A stretch of DNA of 64,000 nt. It comes from an uncultured Nitrososphaerota archaeon (lineage in GTDB: Archaea > Thermoproteota > Nitrososphaeria > Nitrososphaerales > CADDZS01). The DNA lies in the NCBI GenBank assembly GCA_963799845.1, contig CAWCYI010000004.1, forward strand, positions 256,001-320,000, written 5' to 3'. The position numbers and the translations under genes are program-made. This document shows, one piece after another, positions 33,083 through 42,889 of the stretch (positions are counted from its first letter, which is position 1; each line of letters opens with the position of its first letter). The notes below the pieces were generated by a model. The model ran no database searches. It had not been told where the DNA came from and was given only the letters and a program-made list of their open reading frames with translations.

Positions 33083-33292
33083 ATGCCTGAACAATCATGT
33101 CCAGAATGTGGGGCTTCGCTGTTCTATGACACCTCTACCAAGAGATATGCCTGCAAGGGTTGCGGTCTGTACGTTACAAAGGACGAGCTCGTTAACATCA
33201 GGGATAAACTTCACAACCAGACGGACGAGTCCAGGAAGAAAAGGGCCCAGCAGAGCGAATATCTGGAGTGGTGGCTGTCCTCCAAAAAGTAG
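33083..33292 (+). CDS. Small Zn-ribbon protein
   Basis: CPECG...CKGCG; ends EYLEWWLSSKK. Confidence 0.8.
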   Translation: MPEQSCPECGASLFYDTSTKRYACKGCGLYVTKDELVNIRDKLHNQTDESRKKRAQQSEYLEWWLSSKK

Positions 33293-33365
33293 CAAGCCTC
33301 AAGTTACCGAGACTGGGAAACCTTCGGGTTTCACCAGTTATTTTAGAAAAAACAATTAGAGCGGA

Positions 33366-33683
33366 TTACTGTTTCGAAGAAAGGTTCACTTCAATGAAAA
33401 CGTCTTCAGGGACGCGCAGTCTCATGAGCTGTCGCATCGTTCGATCATCCGCATCAAGATCAATCAACCTTCGGTGTATCCTCATCTCCCATTTATCCCA
33501 GGTTTTTGTACCCTCGCCGTTCGGAGACTTCATAGTGGAAATCTGCAATTTTTTTGTAGGAAGCGGCTGAGGACCCTTGACCTTTACCCCAGTTTTTTCC
33601 GTAATGTCCTTGATCTCCTTGCAAACATCTTCAAGGCCTCTCAAGTTCGTACTGGTTAATTTAACGCGCGCAAAAGTTGCCAT
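33366..33683 (-). CDS. rps10: 30S ribosomal protein S10 (uS10)
   Basis: GPQPLPTK, SPNGEG, WEMRIHRR. Confidence 0.97.
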   Translation of the reverse strand: MATFARVKLTSTNLRGLEDVCKEIKDITEKTGVKVKGPQPLPTKKLQISTMKSPNGEGTKTWDKWEMRIHRRLIDLDADDRTMRQLMRLRVPEDVFIEVNLSSKQ

Positions 33684-33761
33684 TTTCTTCGCTCTTTAAC
33701 TCTGCTCAAGGCAATCTGTCCGCATGCCTATTTAGTCTTAACTCAATTGCAGGGTGGTACG

Positions 33762-34449
33762 ATGCAGAAAGATACAACGCCCAGGAAAAAGTACAGGTTT
33801 GACCTTTCTATAGACCTCACTCATCCGTTGGAAAACGAAATGCCGGTTTATCCCGGAGATCCTTCACCGTCATTTGAGCCGGCCGCGACAATCGCAAAGG
33901 ACGGGTCAACTTGACGCGAATGACGCTTGGCTCGCACACGCGTACTCATATGGACGCACCGGTCCACTTTATTCCGAGTGGATTGGGATCGACCAGATCC
34001 CCGTTTCAAGTCTTTTTGGAGAAGAGCTTGTCCTCGATCTTTCCTCAAAGCCTGTCGGGTCTCGAATTTCAGCCAGCGACCTCAGAGAAAAGCTGGATGT
34101 CCTAGTCCAGAAGGATGATTTTGTCCTCTGCTATACCGGCACGAGCGATCTCTGGGGAAATCCGAAAGCGAACTCGAACTTTGGTTATCTTTCGGTTGAT
34201 GGTGCAAAATATCTTGTGTCATAGAAAATCAGGGCTTTCGGAATAGACTCTTTGAGTGTGGAAGAGTTCCATGACCGAGGCGCGCCCACCCACAAGATGC
34301 TGCTCTCAAACGGGATCTTTATCGTGGAATCACTGTCAAAGGAATTGAAGCGCATTTGCGGAAAGCGGATTTTTTTCATAACACTGCCGATAAGATTGAA
34401 GCCCGGAGACGAGGCTCCCTGCCGAGCCATTGCTGTTCCTGTAGAGTAA
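33762..34449 (+). pseudogene. Cyclase/kynurenine formamidase family, disrupted
   Basis: IDLTHP, YPGDP, HTRTHMDAP, GIDSLSVE, H..LL...E; frameshifts in G-runs at about 33904 and 33986; in-frame TAG at 34222. Confidence 0.8.
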
Positions 34450-34461
34450 TTTAGAGCAAAA

Positions 34462-35415
34462 TTGAAAGCTGATCAATGCAGAGTGGGAGTGGCGTACGGC
34501 CCGGAATCAGAGCTTTACTCCTTCCCGGAAAATCATCCCATGAACAGTTCCCGAACTAGACTATTTTTCGAAGCATTGAAAAAAGTGCCAGATGTCGAGA
34601 TCTCGAGACCTGCAAGGGCAACTGATGATGACCTGCTGCTCTTTCACGGGAAGGAGTACGTCGAGTTTGTCAAGGAGAAATCAAAATCAGGATATGGCTA
34701 TCTTGACTTTGGAGATACACCGGCATTTCCGGGAGTTTACGAAGCATCACTCTACACAGTAGGCAGTACCCTTTATGGCCTCGAGATGATTTCACGCCGA
34801 AAAATGGATCATTTTTTCAATCCGGTCGGAGGGCTTCATCATGCTCGGAGGGACAGAGCTGGCGGCTTTTGCGTTTTCAATGATGCCGCCATCGCGATCT
34901 CAAGATGTCTGAAGGAGGGAATATCTCGCGTGGCATATGTCGACATTGATGCGCACCATGGCGACGGTGTCTATTACGGATTGGAGGAGGATGAAAGGGT
35001 GATAATCGGTGACATCCACGAAGATGGCAGGTTCCTCTATCCTGGGACAGGTTCAGCGGATGAGACCGGAATCGGAAAAGCAAAAGGAACTAAAATGAAC
35101 ATACCGCTTTCTCCTAGAAGCGGAGACAAGGAATTCATTTCGAGCTTCGCGGAGATCGAGAATTTCCTTGAAGGTTTTGAGCCAGAATTTATCTTCTTCC
35201 AGTGCGGAGCGGACGGGCTGAAGAACGACCCGATAACCCATCTAGAATATTCTTCAAATGCACATAGCTACGCCACGAAAAGGCTCCATGAGCTGTCTCA
35301 CAAGATATGCGACGGAAGAATAATTGCGATGGGTGGGGGAGGCTATAATCCAGACAACGTGAGAGATGCCTGGATTTCAGTTGTAGAAGGTTTGAAAGAA
35401 AAAGACAGGAATTGA
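34462..35415 (+). CDS. Histone deacetylase/AcuC-family Zn-dependent deacetylase
   Basis: HP, DTP, GGLHHA, GFC, DAHHGDG, GAD, DP, GGGGY. Confidence 0.95.
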   Translation: MKADQCRVGVAYGPESELYSFPENHPMNSSRTRLFFEALKKVPDVEISRPARATDDDLLLFHGKEYVEFVKEKSKSGYGYLDFGDTPAFPGVYEASLYTVGSTLYGLEMISRRKMDHFFNPVGGLHHARRDRAGGFCVFNDAAIAISRCLKEGISRVAYVDIDAHHGDGVYYGLEEDERVIIGDIHEDGRFLYPGTGSADETGIGKAKGTKMNIPLSPRSGDKEFISSFAEIENFLEGFEPEFIFFQCGADGLKNDPITHLEYSSNAHSYATKRLHELSHKICDGRIIAMGGGGYNPDNVRDAWISVVEGLKEKDRN

Positions 35416-35433
35416 GGACGAATAGTCCTCAAA

Positions 35434-36765
35434 CTAGGCTTTGGCGACAGCTTTCGCCGTCTCTGCAACGCCCTTCTCCGTTATTTCGCGAACGACTCCA
35501 GCAGCAATTGTCGTTCCCATGTCCCGTAACGCAAAACGTCCTAGTTCAGGGAACTCTTTGAAGGTCTCGATGCAGAGAGCTCTTAGTGGCTTTATGATGA
35601 CGATCGCAGAATCGCCCGTCTTGATCGATTTCGGCTTCTCCTCGACGGGCTGACCCGTTCTCGGATCGAGCTTTGACTCAATTTCTGTAATCGTCGCAGC
35701 TACTTGAGCTGTGTGAGCATGTAGCACCGGAGTATAACCTGCCGCAATTGCAGTTGGATGATGCACAACGATGATCTGCGCCCTAAAGGCTTTCGCGATG
35801 GACGGTGGATTATTTGCAGGGCCAAGAACCGAGCCTCGTTTGATTTCTCCTTTTCCAATTCCTCTAAGGTTAACGCCGATATTGTCGCCTGATTCAGCTT
35901 CCTGCATTTGCACATGGTGAGACTCGATAGTCTTGACTTCACCCGTTAGCCCTTCAGGCATTACGATAACCTGATCCCCGACTTTCATCTTGCCAGTCTC
36001 TATTCTACCGACAGGGACTGTTCCAACTCCGGTAATGGAGTAAACATCCTGCAACGGCATTCTCAACGGTTTGTCAGTTGGCTTTGGTGGCTGTTCAAAT
36101 TCGTCAAGGGCTTCCTTCAAAGTAGGGCCCTTGTACCAGGGCATGTTTGTGCTCTTCTTGACTAAATTGTCTCCCAGCCATCCGGATACCGGGATGAACC
36201 TGATTTTTGAAACGTTGAACCCGACCGTCTTGAGGAGCTTTTCCATCTCCGCCTTTACTTCGTTGTACCTCGCCTCTTTGAATCCGATAATCGGATCATC
36301 CATTTTGTTTATGCAACAAACGATCTGATTAACACCCAGGGTCTTTAGCAAGAAAGCGTGCTCCCTGGTCTGTCCGCCAGGACCCGTTCCGACTTCGGTC
36401 TCTCCGGGCTTGCCGGAAACGAGGACTACTGCGCAGTCCGCTTCAGAAGCACCGGTAATCATGTTCTTTATGAAATCGCGGTGGCCGGGCGCATCAATCA
36501 AAGTAAACGAATACTTTTGTGTCTCGAATTTTTGGAACGCAAGGTCAATAGTGACTCCTCGCTCTCTTTCGTCCTTGAGGCTATCCATGACCCATGCATA
36601 CTTGAAAGTGTCACCCTTTCCAGTTTTTTCCGATTCCTTTGCAAATTCATCTATAGTTCGCTGGTCAACAGCGCCCATGTCAAACAAAAAGTGACCCATG
36701 GTAGTGGACTTGCCGTGATCAACGTGTCCCGTAACAATTAGATTCAAGTGAGGTTTTACTGCCAA
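35434..36765 (-). CDS. tuf: Elongation factor 1-alpha
   Basis: GHVDHGKST, RGVTID, DAPGH, NKMD. Confidence 0.99.
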   Translation of the reverse strand: MAVKPHLNLIVTGHVDHGKSTTMGHFLFDMGAVDQRTIDEFAKESEKTGKGDTFKYAWVMDSLKDERERGVTIDLAFQKFETQKYSFTLIDAPGHRDFIKNMITGASEADCAVVLVSGKPGETEVGTGPGGQTREHAFLLKTLGVNQIVCCINKMDDPIIGFKEARYNEVKAEMEKLLKTVGFNVSKIRFIPVSGWLGDNLVKKSTNMPWYKGPTLKEALDEFEQPPKPTDKPLRMPLQDVYSITGVGTVPVGRIETGKMKVGDQVIVMPEGLTGEVKTIESHHVQMQEAESGDNIGVNLRGIGKGEIKRGSVLGPANNPPSIAKAFRAQIIVVHHPTAIAAGYTPVLHAHTAQVAATITEIESKLDPRTGQPVEEKPKSIKTGDSAIVIIKPLRALCIETFKEFPELGRFALRDMGTTIAAGVVREITEKGVAETAKAVAKA

Positions 36766-36845
36766 GTTTCATAGTACACCTTTGATAAGGCCCTAATACC
36801 CAACTATGTCTTTTAAACCTTTACCGTTTTCTTGAAAAAATTATT

Positions 36846-37442
36846 CTAACGAGAGGACATTGCGATCCTTTCTTGCTCGTTCTTTCTCTTTATGGAAAAA
36901 CTGTTAGTGTCATTGTTTGCTGCCTGGATAATTTCATCCGCAAGAATTTCTTCCACGCTTCGAGATGAAGAAAAGGCAGCTTGGCGCAAGCCTTCGGAGA
37001 TGAATCTCAAAGCCAAATCCACCCTTCTGCTTGGCGCAATATCAACGGCGACGTGATAAACCACTCCTCCATAAGCTATCCGCGTCGTATCTTCATTTGG
37101 GGCAGCGTTCTCAACCGCCCTAACGATAACTTCGATCGGATTATGCCCCGTCTTCAAGTAAACGATGTCCATGACGGAAGCGACAATTTTTAGGGCCCTT
37201 TGCTTCTTCCCGCCCATTCGGCCGGCATTTTTCGAATACTTCTTGCCAAAGTGCATGATGTTGTTAGCAAGCCTCTCGACGATGTTTACCTCCAGTTTTC
37301 CGAATTTCTTGTGCTCGTGCCTTCCCATCGAAGTCACGGCAATCGACGGCTTTAGCGATATGGCCCTTTGGAGGCCCGCGTCCTCGATCTTGATTCCCGC
37401 TACGTCCCACTTTTCAAATAAGAGTAATTTCGGTTCAGGCAA
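36846..37442 (-). CDS. rps7: 30S ribosomal protein S7 (uS7)
   Basis: IVERL, AVDIAPSRRVD, ERIAMSSR. Confidence 0.98.
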   Translation of the reverse strand: MPEPKLLLFEKWDVAGIKIEDAGLQRAISLKPSIAVTSMGRHEHKKFGKLEVNIVERLANNIMHFGKKYSKNAGRMGGKKQRALKIVASVMDIVYLKTGHNPIEVIVRAVENAAPNEDTTRIAYGGVVYHVAVDIAPSRRVDLALRFISEGLRQAAFSSSRSVEEILADEIIQAANNDTNSFSIKRKNEQERIAMSSR

Positions 37443-37447
37443 ATCAA

Positions 37448-37903
37448 TTACCTCCTCGGTTTTTCCTTGCGGCCATAAACCAGTTCGTTAAGGGAAACGT
37501 CATTTACCTTGTAGACTTCAAACCTTACTCCCGGGATATCGCCCATCGCGCCTCCCGTAGAGCCACCGATACCCTGGATTGCCACTTCGTCGTGCTCGTC
37601 TATGAAATTAAGCGCGCCGTCACCAGGGAGAAACGCCGTCACCTGCTTACCATTCTTCACAAGCTGGACCCTAACACACTTTCTGATCGCAGAGTTTGGC
37701 TGCTTGGATTCGATACCAATCTTTTCCAGGACAATGCCTCGCGCCTGCGGCGCACCTTCAAAAGGATCTGCTTTCTTGTCAAGCATAAGCATCCTACGTT
37801 TGTAATATTTATCAGACCAGCGCAGTCGCTGTCTTTTCTGAGCTTGCTTCCTAGCGGCAAACTCACCATTTGGAGACTTGGACTTGCTCAAAGTACTAAT
37901 CAA
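37448..37903 (-). CDS. rps12: 30S ribosomal protein S12 (uS12)
   Basis: [18 protein letters not shown]. Confidence 0.98.
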   Translation of the reverse strand: MISTLSKSKSPNGEFAARKQAQKRQRLRWSDKYYKRRMLMLDKKADPFEGAPQARGIVLEKIGIESKQPNSAIRKCVRVQLVKNGKQVTAFLPGDGALNFIDEHDEVAIQGIGGSTGGAMGDIPGVRFEVYKVNDVSLNELVYGRKEKPRR

Positions 37904-37936
37904 CCTCTCTGAATCTTATAAAAACGTATAGCCTTT

Positions 37937-38383
37937 TCATGAAGGGGTTACTATGTGGATCGTCTCGATCGAATAATATCGCTTCGCCAAAAGTCTCGCC
38001 TTTTCCGCGTTCCTTCCGCCCTTGCCGAGGATCGCGCCCTTTTTCTTCTCGTCGACGACAACCGTGGCGCTCTTAGATCCATCCGGTTTTTCGGTCATTC
38101 TAATCTCCGTGATCAACTGAGGGTTCAACGAGTTCATTATGAACTGCTTTGCGTCATCCGCCCATTCAACTAGTTCGACCTGCTTTCCGAGAGCTTTCTG
38201 GACTTTTTTGATCGTCTCGCCCGATTTTCCGATCGCGAGGCCCATCTCCCCACGACTGACCACAAATATCACTCTCTCAACCTTTGTGTCGATAACGCAA
38301 TCCCTTGCAGTTGCGCCCGAGATGTTTTGAAAAAGCGACATCAACCCGAGTTCTTCGGAAGTAAGTTTGATCTTGTCAGTCAA
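37937..38383 (-). CDS. nusA: Archaeal NusA (two KH domains)
   Basis: AIGKSG and ILGKGG GxxG loops; conserved operon position. Confidence 0.95.
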   Translation of the reverse strand: MTDKIKLTSEELGLMSLFQNISGATARDCVIDTKVERVIFVVSRGEMGLAIGKSGETIKKVQKALGKQVELVEWADDAKQFIMNSLNPQLITEIRMTEKPDGSKSATVVVDEKKKGAILGKGGRNAEKARLLAKRYYSIETIHIVTPS

Positions 38384-38471
38384 CTCGACGATGTCGCTCC
38401 TGGAAGTGTTTTACGCTTTGACGGCCGTGGGATTAAGTAATTTAAACGAAGCGTTTTACTGAAATTCGGAT

Positions 38472-39072
38472 CTATTCTTCGTCATCGGATTTTTTCGTCT
38501 TCGCTACCTTTTTCGGTTTCTTGGCATTCGTCTCTTCGTCTGACTTTTTCGGTTTCTTGGCATTCGTCTCTTCGTCTGACTTTTTCGGAGACTTCACTTT
38601 TTCAGAATCTTTTTTCTTCTCTTCTGTGGACTTTCTTACCTTCTTAGGTGCTGGCTTGTCAGTTTCGTCCTTTTTCTTCGATTCTTTCTTTGGCGTTGCC
38701 TTTTCAGTTTCCTTTGGCTTTGCTATCTCAGTCTCCGGTTTCGAGACAATCATGCTTCCCGAGTGGTAATCCGAAGAACTCATAAATCCGGACAAATCGG
38801 CATCGCCGGCAGCCCTTAGAGCAATTACCGAAACACGAAATGGAATTCCGCAAGCCCGCCCCAACTCCACCGAATTGCCGCTGAATTTTAATGCGGGTAC
38901 CGAGAGCTTCCGACACTCATCCAATATCATCTGTGGAACATTCGCCGACGCAGACCATACCAAGAGCTTCGTTCCCTTGATCGCGTTCGGAACCTCACGC
39001 CGGCCAACGATGTAGCTGCCCGTTTTTGCAGCTGAGCTTCAGTTGTTTTTGTAGTTCTACATTTTCCGGCAT
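38472..39072 (-). CDS. rpl30e: 50S ribosomal protein L30e with a long Lys/Glu-rich tail (apparent extra base at 39034)
   Basis: Removing G39034 gives MPENVELQKQLKLAAKTGSYIVG...ELGRACGIPFRVS; lies between rpoA and nusA. Confidence 0.93.
38510..38588. repeat. 36-bp tandem duplication encoding KKSDEETNAKKP twice in the L30e tail
   Basis: ttcggtttcttggcattcgtctcttcgtctgacttt occurs twice in tandem. Confidence 0.9.
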
Positions 39073-39085
39073 GATTACTCACTCA

Positions 39086-42000
39086 CTAGACTCCTCTCAT
39101 GAATACATCGATCATGCCCGTCCCGACAGGAATCGGAAGCCCCACAATGACATTTTCGGTGACTCCTCTTAGATCCTCTGTTTCCCCGCGAACAGCCGCT
39201 TCTGCGAGCGTCGGAACAGTGATTTCAAAAGCAGCTCTGGCAAGAACGCTTGTCTTCGTACCAGCGACGCCGTGTCTTCCGATTTGTTGCAGGAACCCCT
39301 TGCTCGTCATAAGGTCAGCAACCAAGTAAATGTGCCTGATATCGACTTCCAGTCCTTGTTCTTCGAGTGTACCTATAATTTCTCTAACGAGAGCAGCCCT
39401 GGCGGCTTCTATCCCCAGCGCCTGGTAGATTTCGAAGATGTTGTTGGTTGTTGTTCTCGCCTTGTCGACTCCCTCTATCGCTCTGACCTTTTGAAGGTTT
39501 GAGCCCGAAGTCTGAATTTTCCACTCCTCACCCTCTTTCACGACGGTGACTCGATCTATGCCTGGTATGCCCTTTACTTTCTGATTGAGAATCTTGTTCT
39601 TGTGAATATGCAGTGAAGCGAAATCAACGTCGATCTTTATCGTTATCACATTGGTCTTCTGGTCAACTGAGACTTCGCGTTTTGGAGACTCGATTGCGGC
39701 AATTATGTCAGACATCTCGCATTGCCTTTCTGCCATCTTCTCGTTGCTGACTGACAGGTATATCTCGCCAGACGGATCGACTTCAGCCTTTGAAATTACA
39801 TTTGCCACTTTGGTGAATCTGATTTGGTTCGCCACTTTGATTGCTTTTTCATTTGATTTCTTCGTTGCATCGTCCAACAGGACATCCATTGATGGTGTTG
39901 CGGGTTGCTTTCTTGCATCCACTAGTTCGATTAACCGGGGAAGACCCAGCGTGACGTCTCTTTCTTTGACTCCCGCAAAGTGGAAAGTCCTCAGGGTCAT
40001 CTGAGTACCAGGTTCTCCGATGGACTGTGCCGCGACAATTCCAGATGCTTCTCCCGGTTCAACGGTGCTTTTCTTGACGAGTGCGACAACTCTTTCGCAC
40101 GCCTTCTCGACTGATTTTGGATCAAGTTTCGAACCTATTAGTGCGTCCATCAGGTCCTGTCGCAATTTCGGATTCAAGTCGGATGAGTATTTTTCAACAG
40201 TTCTTACTATGGTACTCTCGGCAGCAGCTTTCGCTGGATCAGAGCTGAGGGCAATTGTATCGACTAGTCGTTCTAGGTTGACTGCTCTACCGTGGTCGCT
40301 TTTTGCAGGGTCTACTCCGTCTTCCCCGTACTTGAACTGGATGACGTTGCCATTCGGGTCCCGGACCGTTAGATCGTATTCGACCTTGAGGTGCTCGAGC
40401 GCGTTCACAAGACGTCGTTGCATGTAACCGCTTTGTTGTGTTCTGACCGCAGTGTCAACAAGCCCTTCTCTGCCGCCCATGGCGTGGAAAAAGAACTCGA
40501 TCGGATTTAGCCCGTCCCTGTAGTTCGAACGAACAAACCCTCTGGCATCCGGACTGGGATCGTTTTGAGAGAAGTGAGGTAAAGCGCGGCGCAAATATCC
40601 CTTTTCAATCCTCTTGCCACGAACAGACTGTTGCCCGAGAGCAGCTGTCATTTGACCCAAGTTCAGAGTTGATCCCCTAGCACCAGTTCGAGCCATGATG
40701 ATTCCCGCGTTCGTCGGCGAGAATGATTTGTCGGCAATTCTACCTGCCCTCTCTCTTGCCCTGGAAAGCTCGTTTGCAACGTAGAATTCGAGAGCATCCT
40801 CCGGTGAAAGGCCTCTAGTTTCCGGAAGAGTTCCATTCCTATACTGAGTATTGAGGTCGCTCACTTTCGCGTACGATTCATCAAGCGTCTCTGAGATCTT
40901 AGCCCGAATTTCTTCCGGAAGCTCTAGTTCGTCAAAACCGTAGCTGAATCCAGATCTCGTGATGAAGGCTTTCAGAAGTCTAAGAATCGAGTTGAGAAAG
41001 TTCCTCGCCTCGTCAGTTCCATAGTCCTTCGCAATCCTGTGGAGTATGGAGTCGGACTCTTCTGCACCGATCGCAGCTCTGTCAATAACGCCACTAAGGA
41101 GAGTCCCATTCTTTATGACGACATCCTTTCCTGCTCCCCTGGAGCTCTTTTCCCATTTTGATACGAGGACGTAGTTGAAGTCGGAAGGAAGGAAAAGTGA
41201 GAAGAGTTGTTTTCCGGAGTAAAGCGCCTGTGGCTCTGTTTTCTCAGGCTTTGGAAGATCAGCTCCGGCAGGATATCCACCGGCCACCGCCAAGTTCGTA
41301 AACTCCTCCCTCGTCACATATGTTCCGTCTTTCGTAAGCAAATACGCAGCAGTCAGAAAGTCCCTGATTCCGCCGATGATTGGACCGCCGTATCTCGGAG
41401 ATAAAATCTGATCTTGCACTCGCATAAGCGTCAAGGCTTCAGACCTTGCTTCCTCGCTCTGCGGTACGTGCAGGTTCATCTCGTCGCCGTCAAAGTCAGA
41501 GTTGTACGGGGGGCAAACTGCCGGATGAAGCCTGAATGTTCTGTAAGGCAATACTTTGACGTAATGAGCCATGACTGACATCCTGTGGAGCGAGGGCTGT
41601 CTGTTGAAAATTACAATGTCCCCATCGACAAGATGTCTTTCGACCACGAAACCTGGCGCGAGCGAATCGGCGTGCATTTGCAGATCAGTGACGTAATCGA
41701 GTCTGATCTTTATCCCATCCGGTCTGATGATGTAGTTAGCACCCGGATGCTTGAACGGTCCGTTGAGGATCAGTTTCTTTAGAAATTCGATGTTCCACGG
41801 CGAAGTTTTTTCTGGAATGGTAAGTTTTCTCGCAACTTCAAATGGAATACCGACCTCGGAGATATCAAGCGAAGGATCTGGAGAGATCACCGTGCGACTG
41901 GAAAAGTCGACACGTTTTCCCGAAAGACTGCCTCGAAATCTTCCTTCCTTGCCCTTTAGCCTCTGGCTGATTGTCTTGAGTGGCCGGCCGCTTCTGTGAT

Positions 42001-42877
42001 GAGCCTGAGGTATACCTGAAACCTCATTGTCAAAATAAGTCGTAACGTGGTACTGCAAAAGGTCTACGAGGTCCTGAACAATAAGCGGAGGTGTGCCAGA
42101 CTCTTTGCTTTCTCGCACCCTCTGGTTGACCCGAAGGATGTCTACGATCTTGTGGGTCAGATCATCTTCAGACCTGATTCCAGACTCCAGAGTTATAGAT
42201 GGTCTCACGGCAACGGGGGGAACAGGCAGGACCTGCAATATGAGCCATTCAGGTCTTGCGCTTGAAGGATCATAGCCAAGAAGTTTCAGATCGTCGCTGG
42301 TTATTCTCTCAAGCCGTTCCCTGATTGCGACCGGCAGCAATCTGGTGGCTCCACCAGTCTCGGTGATTTCGTGGAACACCGTGGGTTTTGTGAACTCGAT
42401 TTCGTACTGTCCGCGACCGCAGTGAAAACACTCCTTCGCTTTCTTTACCTTGGCCAAGATTTCTCTTGAAATGATCTCGATCAGCATCGGAGAAGAGGAT
42501 GACCTCTCATCAAGTCTCTTCCGATACTCGGCGATGTCTTCTTCCGATAACCGAAGCCGACCACAAGCTCTGCAGGTCGAAATCAATAGTTTGTGGACTT
42601 CGTCTACGAAAGCAATGTGAATGACCGGCTCGGCGAGCTCCACGTGGCCGAAGTGACCCGGACACTTTGGCGCCGTATTTCCGCAAGTAGCGCACTTCTG
42701 TCCTGGCTCAAGAGTTCCGAGGCGATTGTCCATCAAGCCGCCTTGGACCGACATTCCGTCTTCGTCGTAAGTTTCTGGTGCGGTAATCTCCGCTACGCTG
42801 TACTTTCTAATTTCGCTGGGCGAAAGGAAAGCGAACCTGATTCCGCCCACTGCCTTTATCGATTCTTCGAGCGACAT
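39086..42877 (-). CDS. rpoA: RNA polymerase largest subunit, fused A'+A''
   Basis: 1263 aa; C..C/GHFG Zn site, NRQPSLH, NSDFDGD, GGREG; AQSIGEPGTQMT in the same ORF. Confidence 0.99.
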   Translation of the reverse strand: MSLEESIKAVGGIRFAFLSPSEIRKYSVAEITAPETYDEDGMSVQGGLMDNRLGTLEPGQKCATCGNTAPKCPGHFGHVELAEPVIHIAFVDEVHKLLISTCRACGRLRLSEEDIAEYRKRLDERSSSSPMLIEIISREILAKVKKAKECFHCGRGQYEIEFTKPTVFHEITETGGATRLLPVAIRERLERITSDDLKLLGYDPSSARPEWLILQVLPVPPVAVRPSITLESGIRSEDDLTHKIVDILRVNQRVRESKESGTPPLIVQDLVDLLQYHVTTYFDNEVSGIPQAHHRSGRPLKTISQRLKGKEGRFRGSLSGKRVDFSSRTVISPDPSLDISEVGIPFEVARKLTIPEKTSPWNIEFLKKLILNGPFKHPGANYIIRPDGIKIRLDYVTDLQMHADSLAPGFVVERHLVDGDIVIFNRQPSLHRMSVMAHYVKVLPYRTFRLHPAVCPPYNSDFDGDEMNLHVPQSEEARSEALTLMRVQDQILSPRYGGPIIGGIRDFLTAAYLLTKDGTYVTREEFTNLAVAGGYPAGADLPKPEKTEPQALYSGKQLFSLFLPSDFNYVLVSKWEKSSRGAGKDVVIKNGTLLSGVIDRAAIGAEESDSILHRIAKDYGTDEARNFLNSILRLLKAFITRSGFSYGFDELELPEEIRAKISETLDESYAKVSDLNTQYRNGTLPETRGLSPEDALEFYVANELSRARERAGRIADKSFSPTNAGIIMARTGARGSTLNLGQMTAALGQQSVRGKRIEKGYLRRALPHFSQNDPSPDARGFVRSNYRDGLNPIEFFFHAMGGREGLVDTAVRTQQSGYMQRRLVNALEHLKVEYDLTVRDPNGNVIQFKYGEDGVDPAKSDHGRAVNLERLVDTIALSSDPAKAAAESTIVRTVEKYSSDLNPKLRQDLMDALIGSKLDPKSVEKACERVVALVKKSTVEPGEASGIVAAQSIGEPGTQMTLRTFHFAGVKERDVTLGLPRLIELVDARKQPATPSMDVLLDDATKKSNEKAIKVANQIRFTKVANVISKAEVDPSGEIYLSVSNEKMAERQCEMSDIIAAIESPKREVSVDQKTNVITIKIDVDFASLHIHKNKILNQKVKGIPGIDRVTVVKEGEEWKIQTSGSNLQKVRAIEGVDKARTTTNNIFEIYQALGIEAARAALVREIIGTLEEQGLEVDIRHIYLVADLMTSKGFLQQIGRHGVAGTKTSVLARAAFEITVPTLAEAAVRGETEDLRGVTENVIVGLPIPVGTGMIDVFMRGV

Positions 42878-42889
42878 CTTATTCCACCT

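Noticed and set aside
34222-34224. In-frame TAG in the cyclase as pyrrolysine or readthrough
   Set aside because: The gene has other lesions and there is no pyl evidence in the window
36765-36846. No EF-2 gene between S7 and EF-1alpha
   Set aside because: Known arrangement in TACK archaea such as Sulfolobales
39086-42877. Fused RpoA'/A''
   Set aside because: Known state in Thaumarchaeota and relatives; used only as a taxonomic clue
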